From NCBI GenBank assembly GCA_950097015.1, contig CATNEN010000034.1, positions 248,001-312,000 on the forward strand: DNA of 64,000 nucleotides, in the 5' to 3' direction. Below, in pieces: positions 23,601 to 36,790 of this stretch. Each line of letters begins with the position of its first letter. The first letter of the stretch is position 1. Below the pieces are notes generated by a model. That model did no database searches. It worked only from the letters and a program-made list of their open reading frames with translations, and was not told the DNA's origin. This DNA comes from Macrostomum hystrix. Taxonomy: Eukaryota; Animalia; Platyhelminthes. A program made the translations under genes and the position numbers.

Positions 23601-26600
23601 CCCCAATCTGTAAACTACCAAATCCCCATTCTGTTAACTACCAAATCCCCATTCTGTCAACTCCCGAATCCCCATTCTGTAAACTACCGAATCCCCATAC
23701 TGTCAACTACCAAATCCCAATTCTGAAAACTAGCAAATCCCATTCTGTAAACTCCTAAATCCCATTCTGTCAACTCCCAAATCCCCATTCTGTAAACTCC
23801 CAAATCCCAATTCTGAAAACTCCTAAATCCCCATTCTGTCAACTCCCGAATCCCCATTCTGTAAACTACCGAATCCCCATACTGTCAACTACCAAATCCC
23901 AATTCTGAAAACTAGCAAATCCCATTCTGTCAACTCCCGAATCCCCATTCTGTTAACTACCGAATCCCCATACTGTCAACTCCCGAATCCCCATTCTGTT
24001 AACTACCGAATCCCCATACTGTCAACTCCCAAATCCCCAATCTGTAAACTACCAAATCCCCATTCTGTTAACTACCGAATCCCCATACTGTCAACTCCCA
24101 AATCCCCAATCTGTAAACTACCGAATCCCCATTCTGTTAACTACCGAATCCCCATACTGTCAACTCCCAAATCCCCATTCTGTTAACTACCAAATCCCCA
24201 TTCTGTTAACTACCAAATCCCCATTCTGTCAACTCCCGAATCCCCATTCTGTTATCTACCGAATCCCAATACTGTCAACTCCCAAATCCCCAATCTGTTA
24301 ACTACCAAATCCCCATTCTGTTAACTACCAAATCCACTTCCTGTAGAACCCCGCAGATATTATCAGCAATTGATAGTGATGGCCTAGAATTAAAAACTGT
24401 GAAATAGTTCTTTTCCGCTTGCCAAATGACTCAATTGAGTACATATTTCGCATGCAGCGAATACAAAGCTGCAGCGAAAATGCACACACACATGCTCAGT
24501 ACTAGCAAAGCGTTATTGACCTTTCTGAGCTCCACTGCTCAGCAAGTTACTGGCCCAGATGTGTGCCTAACGGTAGATTCATCAATCCTAACTCTGCGAG
24601 TTTGGCCTGAGTCAATACATTGCTCATACTAGCATGCAATATTCGTAGGCTAAATTTCATTTTCAAACGCCAGCTAGAGAGAGAGACTGAGACTGAGTCC
24701 TGCTGAGTCCTACTCATTAACTTCCGGTTGGATTGCCTGCAGAGCATTCCAATGAGTCACAGAGCTCACATCTGTCAGTACATTCGCATAGTTCTCATTC
24801 TTCTCAGCTGTTACACTTTCCCCATTTCGGGTGAGAACTGAGATAGCTCAAAATTCAATTGATCTTTTCAAACAAACATTTCTTCATGTACATTTTTTCA
24901 GGCTTAGGCAGCGATGATGAAGTGAAGCTGGTTAATCTGCTGTTCAAGCACAAGGGCTACAACCGACTCATCCGACCGGTTGCAGACCTCAACCAGACTG
25001 TAAAGGTTGCGTTTGGACTAGCCATGGTACAGCTCATCAATGTGGTCAGTTGCTCGCTTCCTGGCTTTTGTCGAATTCCAAACTAGTCGAATTCTAAACT
25101 AGTCGAATTCCAAACTAGTCGAATTCCAAACTAGTCGAATTCCAAACTAGTCGAATTCCAAACTAGTCGAATTCTAAACTAGTCGAATTCCAAACTAGTC
25201 GAATTCTAAACTAGTCGAATTCTAAACTAGTCGAATTCTAAACTAGTCGAATTCCAAACTAGTCGAATTCCAAACTGGTCGAATTCTAAACTAGTCGAAT
25301 TCCAAACTAGTCGAATTCCAAACTAGTCGAATTCTAAACTAGTCGAATTCTAAACTAGTCGATTTCCAAACTAGTCGATTTCCAAACTAGTCGAATTCTA
25401 AACTAGTCGAATTTCAAACTAGTCGAATTCCAAACTAGTCGAATTCCAAACTGGTCGAATTCTAAACTAGTCGAATTCTAAACTAGTCGAATTCCAAACT
25501 AGTCGAATTCTAAACTAGTCGATTTCTAAACTAGTCGATTTCCAAACTAGTCGAATTCTAAACTAGTCGATTTCCAAACTAGTCGAATTCCAAACTAGTC
25601 GAATTCTAAACTAGTCGATTTCTAAACTAGTCGATTTCCAAACTAGTCGATTTCAAACTAGTCGAATTCTAAACTAGTCGAATTTCAAACTAGTCGAATT
25701 CCAAACTAGTCGAATTCCAAACTAGTCGAATTCCAAACTAGTCGAATTCTAAACTAGTCGAATTCCAAACTAGTCGAATTCTAAACTAGTCGAATTCTAA
25801 ACTAGTCGAATTCTAAACTAGTCGAATTCTAAACTAGTCGATTTCTAAACTAGTCGAATCCTAAACTAGTCGAATTCCAAACTAGTCGATTTCAAACTAG
25901 TCGAATTCTAAACTAGTCGAATTTCAAACTAGTCGAATTCCAAACTAGTCGAATTCCAAACTAGTCGAATTCCAAACTAGTCGAATTCTAAACTAGTCGA
26001 ATTCCAAACTAGTCGAATTCTAAACTAGTCGAATTCTAAACTAGTCGAATTCCAAACTAGTCGAATTCTAAACTAGTCGAATTCTAAACTAGTCGAATTC
26101 CAAACTAGTCGAATTCCAAACTAGTCGATTTCAAACTAGTCGAATTCTAAACTAGTCGAATTTCAAACTAGTCGAATTCCAAACTAGTCGAATTCCAAAC
26201 TAGTCGAATTCCAAACTAGTCGAATTCTAAACTAGTCGAATTCCAAACTAGTCGAATTCTAAACTAGTCGAATTCTAAACTAGTCGAATTCCAAACTAGT
26301 CGAATTCTAAACTAGTCGAATTCTAAACTAGTCGAATTCCAAACTAGTCGAATTCTAAACTAGTCGAATTCCAAACTGGTCGAATTCTAAACTAGTCGAA
26401 TTCCAAACTAGTCGAATTCCAAACTAGTCGAATTCCAAACTAGTCGAATTCCAAACTAGTCGAATTCTAAACTAGTCGAATTCCAAACTAGTCGAATTCC
26501 AAACTAGTCGAATTCCAAACTAGTCGAATTCCAAACTAGTCGAATTCCAAACTAGTCGAATTCCAAACTAGTCGAATTCCAAACTAGTCGAATTCCAAAC

Positions 26601-29600
26601 TAGTCGAATTCCAAACTAGTCGAATTCCAAACTAGTCGAATTCTAAACTAGTCGAATTCCAAACTAGTCGAATTCTAAACTAGTCGATTTCCAAACTAGT
26701 CGAATTCCAAACTAGTCGAATTCTAAACTAGTCGAATTCCAAACTAGTCGAATTCCAAACTAGTCGAATTCCAAACTGGTCGAATTCCAAACTAGTCGAA
26801 TTCCAAACTAGTCGAATTCCAAACTAGTCGAATTTGTGCTGTGCTGAGTGCTGTGCTGAAGCACAGCACTCTCATTATTTTTAAATGGAACAATTTGCTT
26901 GCTTGCAGGAGGAGAAAAGCCAGATTATGAAAAGCAACGTTTGGTTGCGAATGGTGAGTTCCACTACAGCTCGCTAAGCCATGTATTTTAAAATATTAAG
27001 TCTCTCTCATGCTTGAAAATTAATTGCTAATTACTTGCAGACCTGGGACGACTATCAGCTGCGCTGGGATCCGACCGATTTTGGTGGGATTAAAGTTATC
27101 CGAGTTAATCCAAACAAGATTTGGAAGCCAGATATTGTGCTCTACAACAAGTGAGACTTGAGCTGAGAGAGTTGAGAACAAGCAGAAGGGAGTTGAGAAC
27201 ATGCAGAAGGGAGTTGAGAACATGCAGAAGGGAGTTGAGAACATGCAGAAGGGAGTTGAGAACATGGAGAAGGAGTTGAGAACAGGGAGAAGGGAGTTGA
27301 GAACAAGCAGAAGGGAGTTGAGAACATGCAGAAGGGAGTTGAGAACATGCAGAAGGGAGTTGAGAACAAGCAGAAGGGAGTTGAGAACAGGGAGAAGGGA
27401 GTTGAGAACAAGCAGAAGGGAGTTGAGAACATGCAGAAGGGAGTTGAGAACATGCAGAAGGGAGTTGAGAACATGCAGAAGGGAGTTGAGAACATGCAGA
27501 AGGGAGTTGAGAACATGCAGAAGGGAGTTGAGAACAAGCAGAAGGGAGTTGAGAACAGGGAGAAGGGAGTTGAGAACAAGCAGAAGGGAGTTGAGAACAT
27601 GCAGAAGGGAGTTGAGAACAAGCAGAAGGGAGTTGAGAACATGCAGAAGGGAGTTGAGAACATGCAGAAGGGAGTTGAGAACAAGCAGAAGGGAGTTGAG
27701 AACAGGGAGAAGGGAGTTGAGAACAAGCAGAAGGGAGTTGAGAACATGCAGAAGGGAGTTGAGAACATGCAGAAGGGAGTTGAGAACATGCAGAAGGGAG
27801 TTGAGAACATGGAGAAGGAGTTGAGAACAGGGAGAAGGGAGTTGAGAACAAGCAGAAGGGAGTTGAGAACATGCAGAAGGGAGTTGAGAACAAGCAGAAG
27901 GGAGTTGAGAACATGCAGAAGGGAGTTGAGAACATGCAGAAGGGAGTTGAGAACACGCAGAAGGGAGTTGAGAATAAGCAGAAGGGAGTTGAGAACAAGC
28001 AGAAGGGAGTTGAGAACAAGCAGAAGGGAGTTGAGAACATGCAGAAGGGAGTTGAGAACAAGCAGAAGGGAGTTGAGAACAAGCAGAAGGGAGTTGAGAA
28101 CATGCAGAAGGGAGTTGAGAACATGCAGAAGGGAGTTGAGAACACGCAGAAGGGAGTTGAGAATAAGGAGAAAGGAGTTGTGAACACTGTACACAACTAA
28201 CCGATAGAGCAACAATGTCTCTGAACGGGTGTTTCAGCGCCGACGGAAAGTACGAAGTGTCCTGGCAGCCGAACATACTGATATTCAACACTGGCAACAT
28301 ACTGTGGATCCCGCCAGCCATCTACAAGAGCTCATGCACCATCCATGTCAAGTACTTTCCATTCGATCAGCAGGAATGCGAGATGAAATTCGGTAGCTGG
28401 ACTTTTGACGCCACGCAGGTGAGGAAATTATCGCTTTTTTGTTGTTTATTTCAAATTTTATCCACTCAGTTTGACAGAAATCTTCTCAATTTGCCTGTGG
28501 CCACCTAAGTTTGACAGTTTTCCCATTTTTACAGTTTTCCCCTCAGTTATCCCCTCAGTTTGACATTTATCCCATTATTTTTACAGTTATCCCTCTCCGT
28601 TTGACAGTAATCGTCTCACTTTGACAGAAATCCTCTCAGTTTGAATTTTGGTTCCTCATTTTGACAATTATCCCCTCAGTTGTACACTTATCCCCTGCTG
28701 CAACCCTCTTCAGGTCGGGCTTGACTGGTACGAAGGTGTAAAATTCATGGACCTTAACGATTATTGGCAGTCCGGCTCCTGGGACATCATCGACTGTCCG
28801 GGCAACATCACGAAGATCGAGAAGGTCGGACAGGCGCCCCAGACAATGATGATCTACACGATTACAATCAGGCGAAAGACTCTCTTCTACACCGTCAACC
28901 TCATCATACCCTGCGTGCTCATCTCCTTACTCAGCGTCTGCGTCTTCTACCTGCCCGCCGATGCCGGCGAGAAGATGACTCTGTGCATCTCCATCCTGCT
29001 GGCCCTGGTTGTGTTTCTCCTGCTGGTCAGCAAGATCCTGCCGCCAACCTCCATATCGATTCCGCTCATATCGAAGTACCTGCTATTTACCTTTATCATG
29101 AACATCATCACGATCGTATTCACCGTGGTCATCATCAACTGGAACTTCCGCACGCCGCGCACTCACAAAATGCCGCACTGGGTCCGGCTGGTGTTCCTCA
29201 AGTACCTGCCGCGGCTGCTGTTCATGAAGCGCCCTGAGCACATTAAACGCGAGGAGACTGACAAGTGGCGCATGGACCGCATGACCGCCGGCGGCAGGTG
29301 CAACGGAGGCGGCGACGCTGGCGTCGGTCGGCGTAGGCGAGATTTTGGCGACATTATCGACGACGGCGACTATGGCGACGACGATCTTGCCAACGAGTTC
29401 AGCGGCGGGCCGCCGGAGCCGCCACCGCCGCCCGAGCAGCCGGGCGATGCCGCCGGACCGCAGAGATTCGCAGGCGTTGAAGTGACCCCGGAGCTGCGCA
29501 AGGCTATCGCTGCCATCAACTTCATCTCCACTCACCTGCGCATTGAGGACGAGTATAAAAGGGTGAGCTGGTCATTTGGTCATATTGGGTCATTTGGTCA

Positions 29601-30467
29601 TATTGGGTCATTTGGTCATATTGGGTCATTTGGTCATATTGGGTCATTTGGTCATATTGGGTCATTTGGTCATATTGGGTCATTTGGTCATATTGGGTCA
29701 TTTGGTCATATTGGGTCATTTGGTCATATTGGGTCATTTGGTCATATTGGGTCATTTGGTCATATTGGGTCATTTGGTCATATTGGGTCATTTGGTCATA
29801 TTGGGTCATTTGGTCATATTGGGTCATTTGGTCATATTGGGTCATTTGGTCATATTGGGTCATTTGGTCATATTGGGTCATTTGGTCATATTGGGTCATT
29901 TGGTCATATTGGGTCATTTGGTCATATTGGGTCATTTGGTCATAAGGGCCAGCTGGAGGGCCAACCTCCAAGGCACAGTGAAATGTACACTGCCTGACGA
30001 TGAGAAAGTCAGGGCAGATGTACACACCTGTGTGAGCGTATGCCTGCGTACAGTATCTGTGTGCGTGTGTGCTCAGGAGTCAGCGAAATGGGCAGAATTG
30101 CCTCCTCGCTGGCTGCGGGCCTAGTGTCACTCCAGTGTCACAACAATAACAGCCGACAGGGTTACATAATGAAAATTTGAAAGCAGAAAATTTATTTGTG
30201 TTTGAATATTTTGGGAGATGCAGAAAAAGTAAGGATTTGGGTATTTTGAAACACCCTGTAGTCTTCCTACTGTTGAAAACCGTGCTGTACAACCAGGTGC
30301 TTCAAGACTGGAAGTATGTTGCCTCCGTGATCGACCGAGTCCAGCTGCTCATCTTCGGTGTTGTGACTCTGGTTGGCACCGGAGCGATCCTGCTCAACGC
30401 ACCGTTCATCCTGGACTTTGTTGATCAGAACGCCATCATCAACGCGTTGAAGGCAAAGACAGCGTGA
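20691..30467 (+). CDS. Nicotinic acetylcholine receptor non-alpha (invertebrate beta1-like) subunit, copy 1, 532 aa; exons 20691-20790, 24902-25044, 26909-26953, 27041-27150, 28238-28418, 28714-29562, 30297-30467
   Basis: Signal-peptide exon ends G|gtgagt (phase 1) and matches the acceptor before [17 protein letters not shown]. Classic 45-bp and 110-bp exons. Cys-loop [30 protein letters not shown], cation-type [24 protein letters not shown]4 [11 protein letters not shown]. No vicinal Cys in loop C. All GT-AG junctions are in frame. Confidence 0.95.
20805..21170. repeat. 28-bp repeat x3 then (CCACCAGT)n in nAChR copy 1 intron 1
   Basis: Begins ~15 bp after the donor at 20791. Confidence 0.9.
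21880..24335. repeat. ~2.4-kb 23-bp minisatellite (CCCAAATCCCCATTCTGTCAACT)n with higher-order blocks
   Basis: Directly visible; identical ORFs at 22976 and 23227 show block duplication. Confidence 0.96.
25070..26835. repeat. 16-bp minisatellite (CTAGTCGAATTCCAAA)n x~110
   Basis: Directly visible; starts ~25 bp after the donor at 25045. Most units carry ACTAGT and GAATTC. Confidence 0.98.
27168..28185. repeat. 21-bp minisatellite (GAGTTGAGAACATGCAGAAGG)n
   Basis: Fills nAChR copy 1 intron 4 almost end to end. Confidence 0.97.
29568..29944. repeat. 18-bp perfect minisatellite (GGTCATTTGGTCATATTG)n x~21
   Basis: Starts 5-6 bp after the donor at 29563; explains the SFGHIG extension of the ORF. 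Confidence 0.98.
29956..30130 (+). mobile_element. SINE family A, internal fragment
   Basis: gagggccaacctccaaggcacagtgaaatgtacac...ctagtgtcac matches the body of the 7.6-kb copy; lacks head and tail. Confidence 0.9.
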
Positions 30468-30984
30468 CAGTGCTGGAAGCTCAGCTAGCACAGGTGGCCT
30501 CTCACCAGCGACTGTAGTTCGCATGTCCGCTCACCGTTCTTTAAACTAAATGTTTTGTTATAATACGAGTATGTTCCCGACTTTTTGACTTTTTGATTCA
30601 ACATGAAATGATAATCTCCTCAATGTTGAGTTGTCAGCCGAGGCACTCTAATGTCATAGTAAAATATTTTATTCGTTTTCTGCGAGTCAAAATTGTAGCT
30701 TTTTGTAAAAAATATTGCCCATTTTTAAGAGAAAGAAATGTTTCTGTCGCACTTCCAATGGATCAATGTTGCAAAGCATTATTAGACTAATCTGACATTT
30801 CTAACTGTCTGCTCATTTTCTGTTGCATGCTATTTAGACCAAACGAATTAGATGCGTTGTCTGTCTTTTAATTCATTTTATGAGATGTACTTAACGTAAA
30901 ATAGCTGTAAAATGATACACCGAACCTTCACAACTGTAAAGGGCTAAGTTTTTGTTCTCTACAGAAACCAAGATTTAAAATAGA

Positions 30985-31966
30985 TATTCAGTCACTCTCT
31001 CACAGCACTCGCAGTGACTCAACTCAGTCACTCTCTCACAGCACTCGCAGTGACTCAACTCAGTCACTCTCTCACAGCACTCCCAGTGACTCAATTCAGT
31101 CACTCTCTCACAGCACTCCCAGTGACTCAACTCAGTCACTCTCTCACAGCACTCCCAGTGACTCAATTCAGTCACTCTCTCACAGCACTCCCAGTGACTC
31201 AACTCAGTCACTCTCTCACAGCACTATTAACAATCCAATTCAGTCACTCTCTCACAGCACCATCAGTGACCCAATTCAGTCACTCTCTCACAGCACTCAC
31301 AGTGACTCAACTCAGTCACTCTCTCACAGCACTCACAGTGACTCAACTCAGTCACTCTCTCACAGCACTCGCAGTGACTCAACTCAGGCACTCTCTCACA
31401 GCACCCTCAGTGACCCAATTCAGTCACTCTCTCACAGCACTCGCAGTGACTCAACTCAGTCACTCTCTCACAGCACCCTCAGTGACCCAATTCAGTCACT
31501 CTCTCACAGCACTCCCAGTGACCCAATTCAGTCACTCTCTCACAGCACTCTCAGTGACCCAATTCAGTCATTCTCTCACAGCACCCTCAGTGACCCAATT
31601 CAGTCACTCTCTCAAAGCATTCCCAGTGACCCAATTCAGTCACTCTCTCACAGCACTCTCAGTGACTCAACTCAGTCACTCTCTCACAGCACCCTCAGTG
31701 ACCCAATTCAGTCACTCTCTCACAGCACCCTCAGTGACCCAATTCAGTCACTCTCTCACAGCACTCCCAGTGACCCAATTCAGTCACTCTCTCACAGCAC
31801 CCTCAGTGACCCAATTCAGTCACTCTCTCACAGCACCCTCAGTGACCCAATTCAGTCACTCTCTCACAGCACTCCCAGTGACCCAATTCAGTCACTCTCT
31901 CACAGCACCCTCAGTGACCCAATTCAGTCACTCTCTCACAGCACCCTCAGTGACCCAATTCAGTCA
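30985..31966. repeat. 36-bp minisatellite (CAGTCACTCTCTCACAGCACTCGCAGTGACTCAACT)n x~27
   Basis: Directly visible; internal GTCACT/AGTGAC inverted repeat. Confidence 0.97.
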
Positions 31967-32654
31967 GTTTTCCATGAAAAACAAAAGTAGATCACATATG
32001 CTGTCAACCTCGCAGAGAATATGATAAAGTTCTGAGCACGCAAGCAGATTTGAGTTGAGAACAGTGAGTTCGCGGCAGCTGATTCTGTTCGCAATGAAAG
32101 ATCAAATCGATGCTAAACTAAAGCAAGCTAGGAAAAAAGGAATAAATTCGTGAGGACGAAATCTCCAACCTAGATAATCTCGAAACTCTAGCGGATTCTC
32201 ATTTCAATGTTCTCATATTCTCATGGGCTATGGAGCGAAAGTGTAGAAATATGTGAGCGAGAGTTCCTGCTAATTAGTTAGCAAGGTCCTTGCGCTATCG
32301 ACAGAACCTCTTCGATCCGCTGCAGCAAGCCAAGCTACCGCGAAAGACATATTGGAAGATTCCGCAGACTCTGGTTTCTATGCACACCGAGACTCACAGT
32401 TGCTGCTTCAACTACTGGCGTCCAACTGAATTCTTTCCCATGATTAGATTTATTGTTCCCACGAGCAAAATGGGAGTCATATATACTTGTAGTAAGCAAG
32501 CCTGTTAGTTGCTAGCTACGTGCATCTATCTTGAAGTTGGCCAACGTTTTTATATGAGAAACCCGCAATGACCGGTCAAGATGAGCGGTTTTAGATGACT
32601 GATTTTCAATCACCGGTTTTGAAAGACGAATTCTTAATAACCTATTCTCTATGG

Positions 32655-33470
32655 CCGATTCTAGACGACCGATTCTAGATGACCGATTCTAGATGACCGA
32701 TTCTAGATGACCGATTCTAGATGACCGATTATAGATGACTGTTTCTAGATGACCGATTCTAGATGACCGATTCTAGATGACCGATTCTAGATAACTGTTT
32801 CTAGATGACCGATTCTAGATGACCGATTCTAGATGACCGATTCTAGATGACCGATTCTAGATAACTGTTTCTAGATGACCGATTCTAGATGACCGATTCT
32901 AGATGACCGATTCTAGATGACCGATTCTAGATAACTGTTTCTAGATGACCGATTCTAGATGACCGATTCTAGATGACCGATTCTAGATGACCGATTCTAG
33001 ATGACCGATTCTAGATGACCGATTCTAGATGACCGATTCTAGATGACCGATTCTAGATGACCGATTCTAGATAACTGTTTCTAGATGACCGATTCTAGAT
33101 GACCGATTCTAGATGACCGATTCTAGATGACCGATTCTAGATGACCGATTCTAGATGACCGATTCTAGATGACCGATTCTAGATGACCGATTCTAGATGA
33201 CCGATTCTAGATGACCGATTCTAGATGACCGATTCTTGATGACCGATTCTGTATGACCGATTCTAGATGACTGGTTCTCGATGACCGATTCTAGTTGATC
33301 GATCTTCAATGATTGATCCTCAATGACCGATCCCTAATGACCGATCCTGAATGATCGATCCTAATTGACCGATCCTGAATGACCGATCCTTAAAGACCGA
33401 TCCTTAATGACCGATCCTCAATGATCGATTTTCAATAATCTATCCTCAATGACCAATTCTAGATGACTTG
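32655..33470. repeat. 14-bp minisatellite (TTCTAGATGACCGA)n, degenerating rightwards
   Basis: Directly visible. Confidence 0.96.
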
Positions 33471-33949
33471 TTGTCGATGACTTATTTTTATTGAGTTATC
33501 AATGTTTGGCAATCTGCTTGCATTACAAAATACTTTCCGTTGATGTCGGACTCATAAATGAATCATGCTGACCCAAGTGTAAAGTTCAACCAAACGAAAC
33601 GGATAGCGAGGCGCGCTTTGCCATCATTTGAAGATTCGGAATGAAAAGCCACCAACCTTGCAAACAAGCGAAGCGGACAATCAAACTGAACTAGAATAGC
33701 AGGCAACCAAATTATCCCTAATGAGGAAGCCAAGCTGGATATCCCCAAATTTGGCTAACCCGCATTTTGGCTAGTCAGGAGTTCGAATTCGATTTTGACG
33801 GCGAGGGGTCACTAATGGCAAACTTGTATTGCTATGTGCTGTGCAGTGTTACAAAACTATTAATTATTCAGAACAATAGTACTTAATTACTTGTCCTACT
33901 GTTTGTAAGTAGAGTGTTTGTGACATTCAGACTTAAAAGTAACGTAATA

Positions 33950-34205
33950 ATCCAGACTATAAAGTAACATGACAATTCACATTAAAAAGTAACGTTATTT
34001 TTCAGATTATTAAGTAACGTAATATTTCAGATAATAAAGTAACGTAATATTTCACATTATTAAGTAACGTAATATTTCAGATCATAATGTAACGTAATAT
34101 TATGGATCATAAAGTAACGTAATATTTCAGATCATAAAGTAACGTAATATTTCAGATCATAAAGTAACGTAATATTTCAGATCATAAAGTAAAGTAATAT
34201 TTCAT
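33950..34205. repeat. 25-bp repeat (TAAAGTAACGTAATATTTCAGATCA)n
   Basis: Directly visible. Confidence 0.9.
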
Positions 34206-36790
34206 ATTTAAAAATAACTAACTTCTAATCCCCTTCTCTTAGGATTGACATGGCGTGAAAGAGTAATTTTGAAATTAAAAGGCTGCATCAAAGACAGCTG
34301 ATGGGGAAGTTAATTCCTATTTCCCTATCGGCCAGCAATTCCGCTAATTGACAAATCTGTCAAGGGGCTTTGAAGGACTTGACAGGCAGGAAAAGTGGGG
34401 CGGGTTTTCAGGGCGAAAATCGACATAGGGAGACTTGTTAGCCAGGCATCTTTCCCTTTTCATCAATCCCGAACTGATGTCAAGCGTGTTGCCATGGCGG
34501 ACCGAAGCCTGGGGATTTTGAGGGCAGCGGGTCGATCGATAAAGAATCCTCGGTAGGGGAGTGGCGGGGGCGGAGGCCCCTACATGCGGCAGCGGCTGCT
34601 TCATAAAGTAATCCGCCTTGACGGAGGAGGTTAATTAGCTCCGCCACCATTCGGCAGCAATGGCAGTGAAAGATTGGGGAAATTCGCCACCTGGGACGGG
34701 ATGGCAGTTGCTGGCAGCCTGTCTGGTCTGGCCGCATGTACAGGATACAAATATATGATTAGCATTGTTATACTGAGTAAGGAGTAAATCTAGATTGCGT
34801 GTCCGAGTGTCAAAATCCATCGCCAATCATTCGGCTGCCCGCGCCCCGGGCAACCGGGGTCAGCGGCACTAAATCAGGTGGGGCCGGTCGAGGAGGGCTT
34901 GTAGAGAGGAGAATCGATGGCTCGCTCGGCTCTTGAGCCCAGTCCAATCTTCTCCTGTGTCTCCTCACTTCAGCTCAGATCACTACACTGGGCCGCCTGT
35001 TTCCACTGTAGCTGAGACGATCAGGCGCACCCCCCGCGAGTGTCTCAATGACTACTAAAACTACTCAGCTGTACTCAAACTATGGCTGCCGATTTCCCGG
35101 AACACTGAGTTTATTCTGTTTTGGGAATTTTTAGTGACTCAATCGAATGTTAATTTTAACAGCAGAAAGATCACGGGTAGAGTTGCTCGCTTGACAACAA
35201 TGCGGTAGAGTAAACTCAAAGTCAACACGGCTAAATTCTAGAAAAATGTAACTTAAATGTTGATTTTGAGTTTTCTCTATTCTACCAATTGCCATGAAAA
35301 TGCAGAACACGGGCTAAAATTTTTTGCCCTATCCGTTGAACGAACTTCCAGAATTAAAAAACGTCGGCATCGTCAACGATGGCATATTCAACGATTCTCA
35401 ACGGGGCGTCTGGTGGCACAATCCACAAAATAGGCAGAATTATTCTGCTAAAACACTCATCACGTAACCATGTGGGCTGTTATTGTTGTTCATATTGTTT
35501 TGATTATATTACTAATTGTCATATTTTGAACCAATATGAATGCGCCATTGAGGTTAATACGGAGTGATTTTAGTTATCCTTGTCCCCGGTGTCCTTGACA
35601 ATGCTGACTCGGACGTCTTTGAAAGTTAGTTCATTGTTAAGGGCGGAAAACAGTTGATCCTGATGGACTTTCACGAAAATCGGTCATTCGGTTTGGGAGC
35701 CATTGTGAAGTGGGCAGCGGGTGTTTGAAATATCCCCGTGGGCTTTCTACTGTTGGTTATTTGGGATTTTTCTTTTGGGGGCCTTTTTCCCAGACGGTTT
35801 GAGCTGGTCACTATAGTGTTTATACGCAGCGCGAAACCTAAAAAATGGAAACAGGGGCATGCAAAAGTTGTTCAGTCTCTCCGAGTAGGACAGAACACAG
35901 CCAACTCAACTCAAAACCAACTCAATAAGCCTCATTCCAAATCAGCCGCATCTCAGCCTACGGAGAGCAACCAACTTCACGAGAGTCCAGACCAGATTTA
36001 TGTCCGCACTTAACCGTAGCTTGAGCATAGCTGAGTCCAATCGCAGCCTGACCCGCCTCGCGGGGATGTAGCTGGAATGGAAGAGGGGAAGGAATGGAGA
36101 AATCGAGCGGCAAGAAAGAAAGAGAGAAAAAGAAAAGCGCCAGGCCAAGCCTTCAAAACTTCGCCGAAATCAGGCAACTTCGCTCTATCAGTATTTTTCT
36201 CCGTTCTTCTTGCTTTTCTCTTCCTCTTCTTCTATGCTCTGTCTTCCGCTTCGTTCCGCTCCCCCCCCGGGGTGGATCGGCGCTCTGTGTCTTTCCCACT
36301 CTCTCCCACACTTAACGCAGAAGAGCGAATTCGAACAGCAGCTAGCGAGAGAGAGAGAGAGAGAGAGAGTGGGGGCGAAAACTTTCCCTCTCTCTGCGCC
36401 CTAAGCTTTCCCTAGTCGGCAGCCGGCGCCCTCATCGACTTGTAAGCGGGAGGAGGGGGGCAGGAGAGGCCGGGCTCGAGGAGCTCGAGAGAATCCAGTA
36501 GGGGGTAAGGGAGAGAAAGCGGAGGGCAGGAAAGAATATGAAGCTTACCCATGACGGAGAATCGAGAGTGGAAAATCTGTAAGCGAAAGTCCAAAGCCGC
36601 AAACACAGCTGCCAGCTCGCCGTAGCCGTCAACGAAGCCTTCTGGCACGCGGCGGCGTGAGTCCAACCGACTCAAAAAGCTCCCGTTGGGAGGAGAAAGG
36701 AAAAGAGATTTGAGAGGAGAGAAGGCGGAGAAGCTGAGACTGCTGAGTTGACGCGGGCCTCCCCTGTTGGCGGAGGTCTGCAGCTCTGCG

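Noticed and set aside
25070-26835. CRISPR-like appearance of regular arrays
   Set aside because: Units are head to tail with no unique spacers, there are no cas genes, and the context is eukaryotic.
28714-28880. nAChR alpha-subunit assignment
   Set aside because: No vicinal Cys-Cys in loop C of either copy.
29563-29997. SFGHIG-repeat insertion in the nAChR intracellular loop
   Set aside because: A canonical donor AGG|gtgagc at 29563 matches the intron position in copy 2, so the repeat is intronic.
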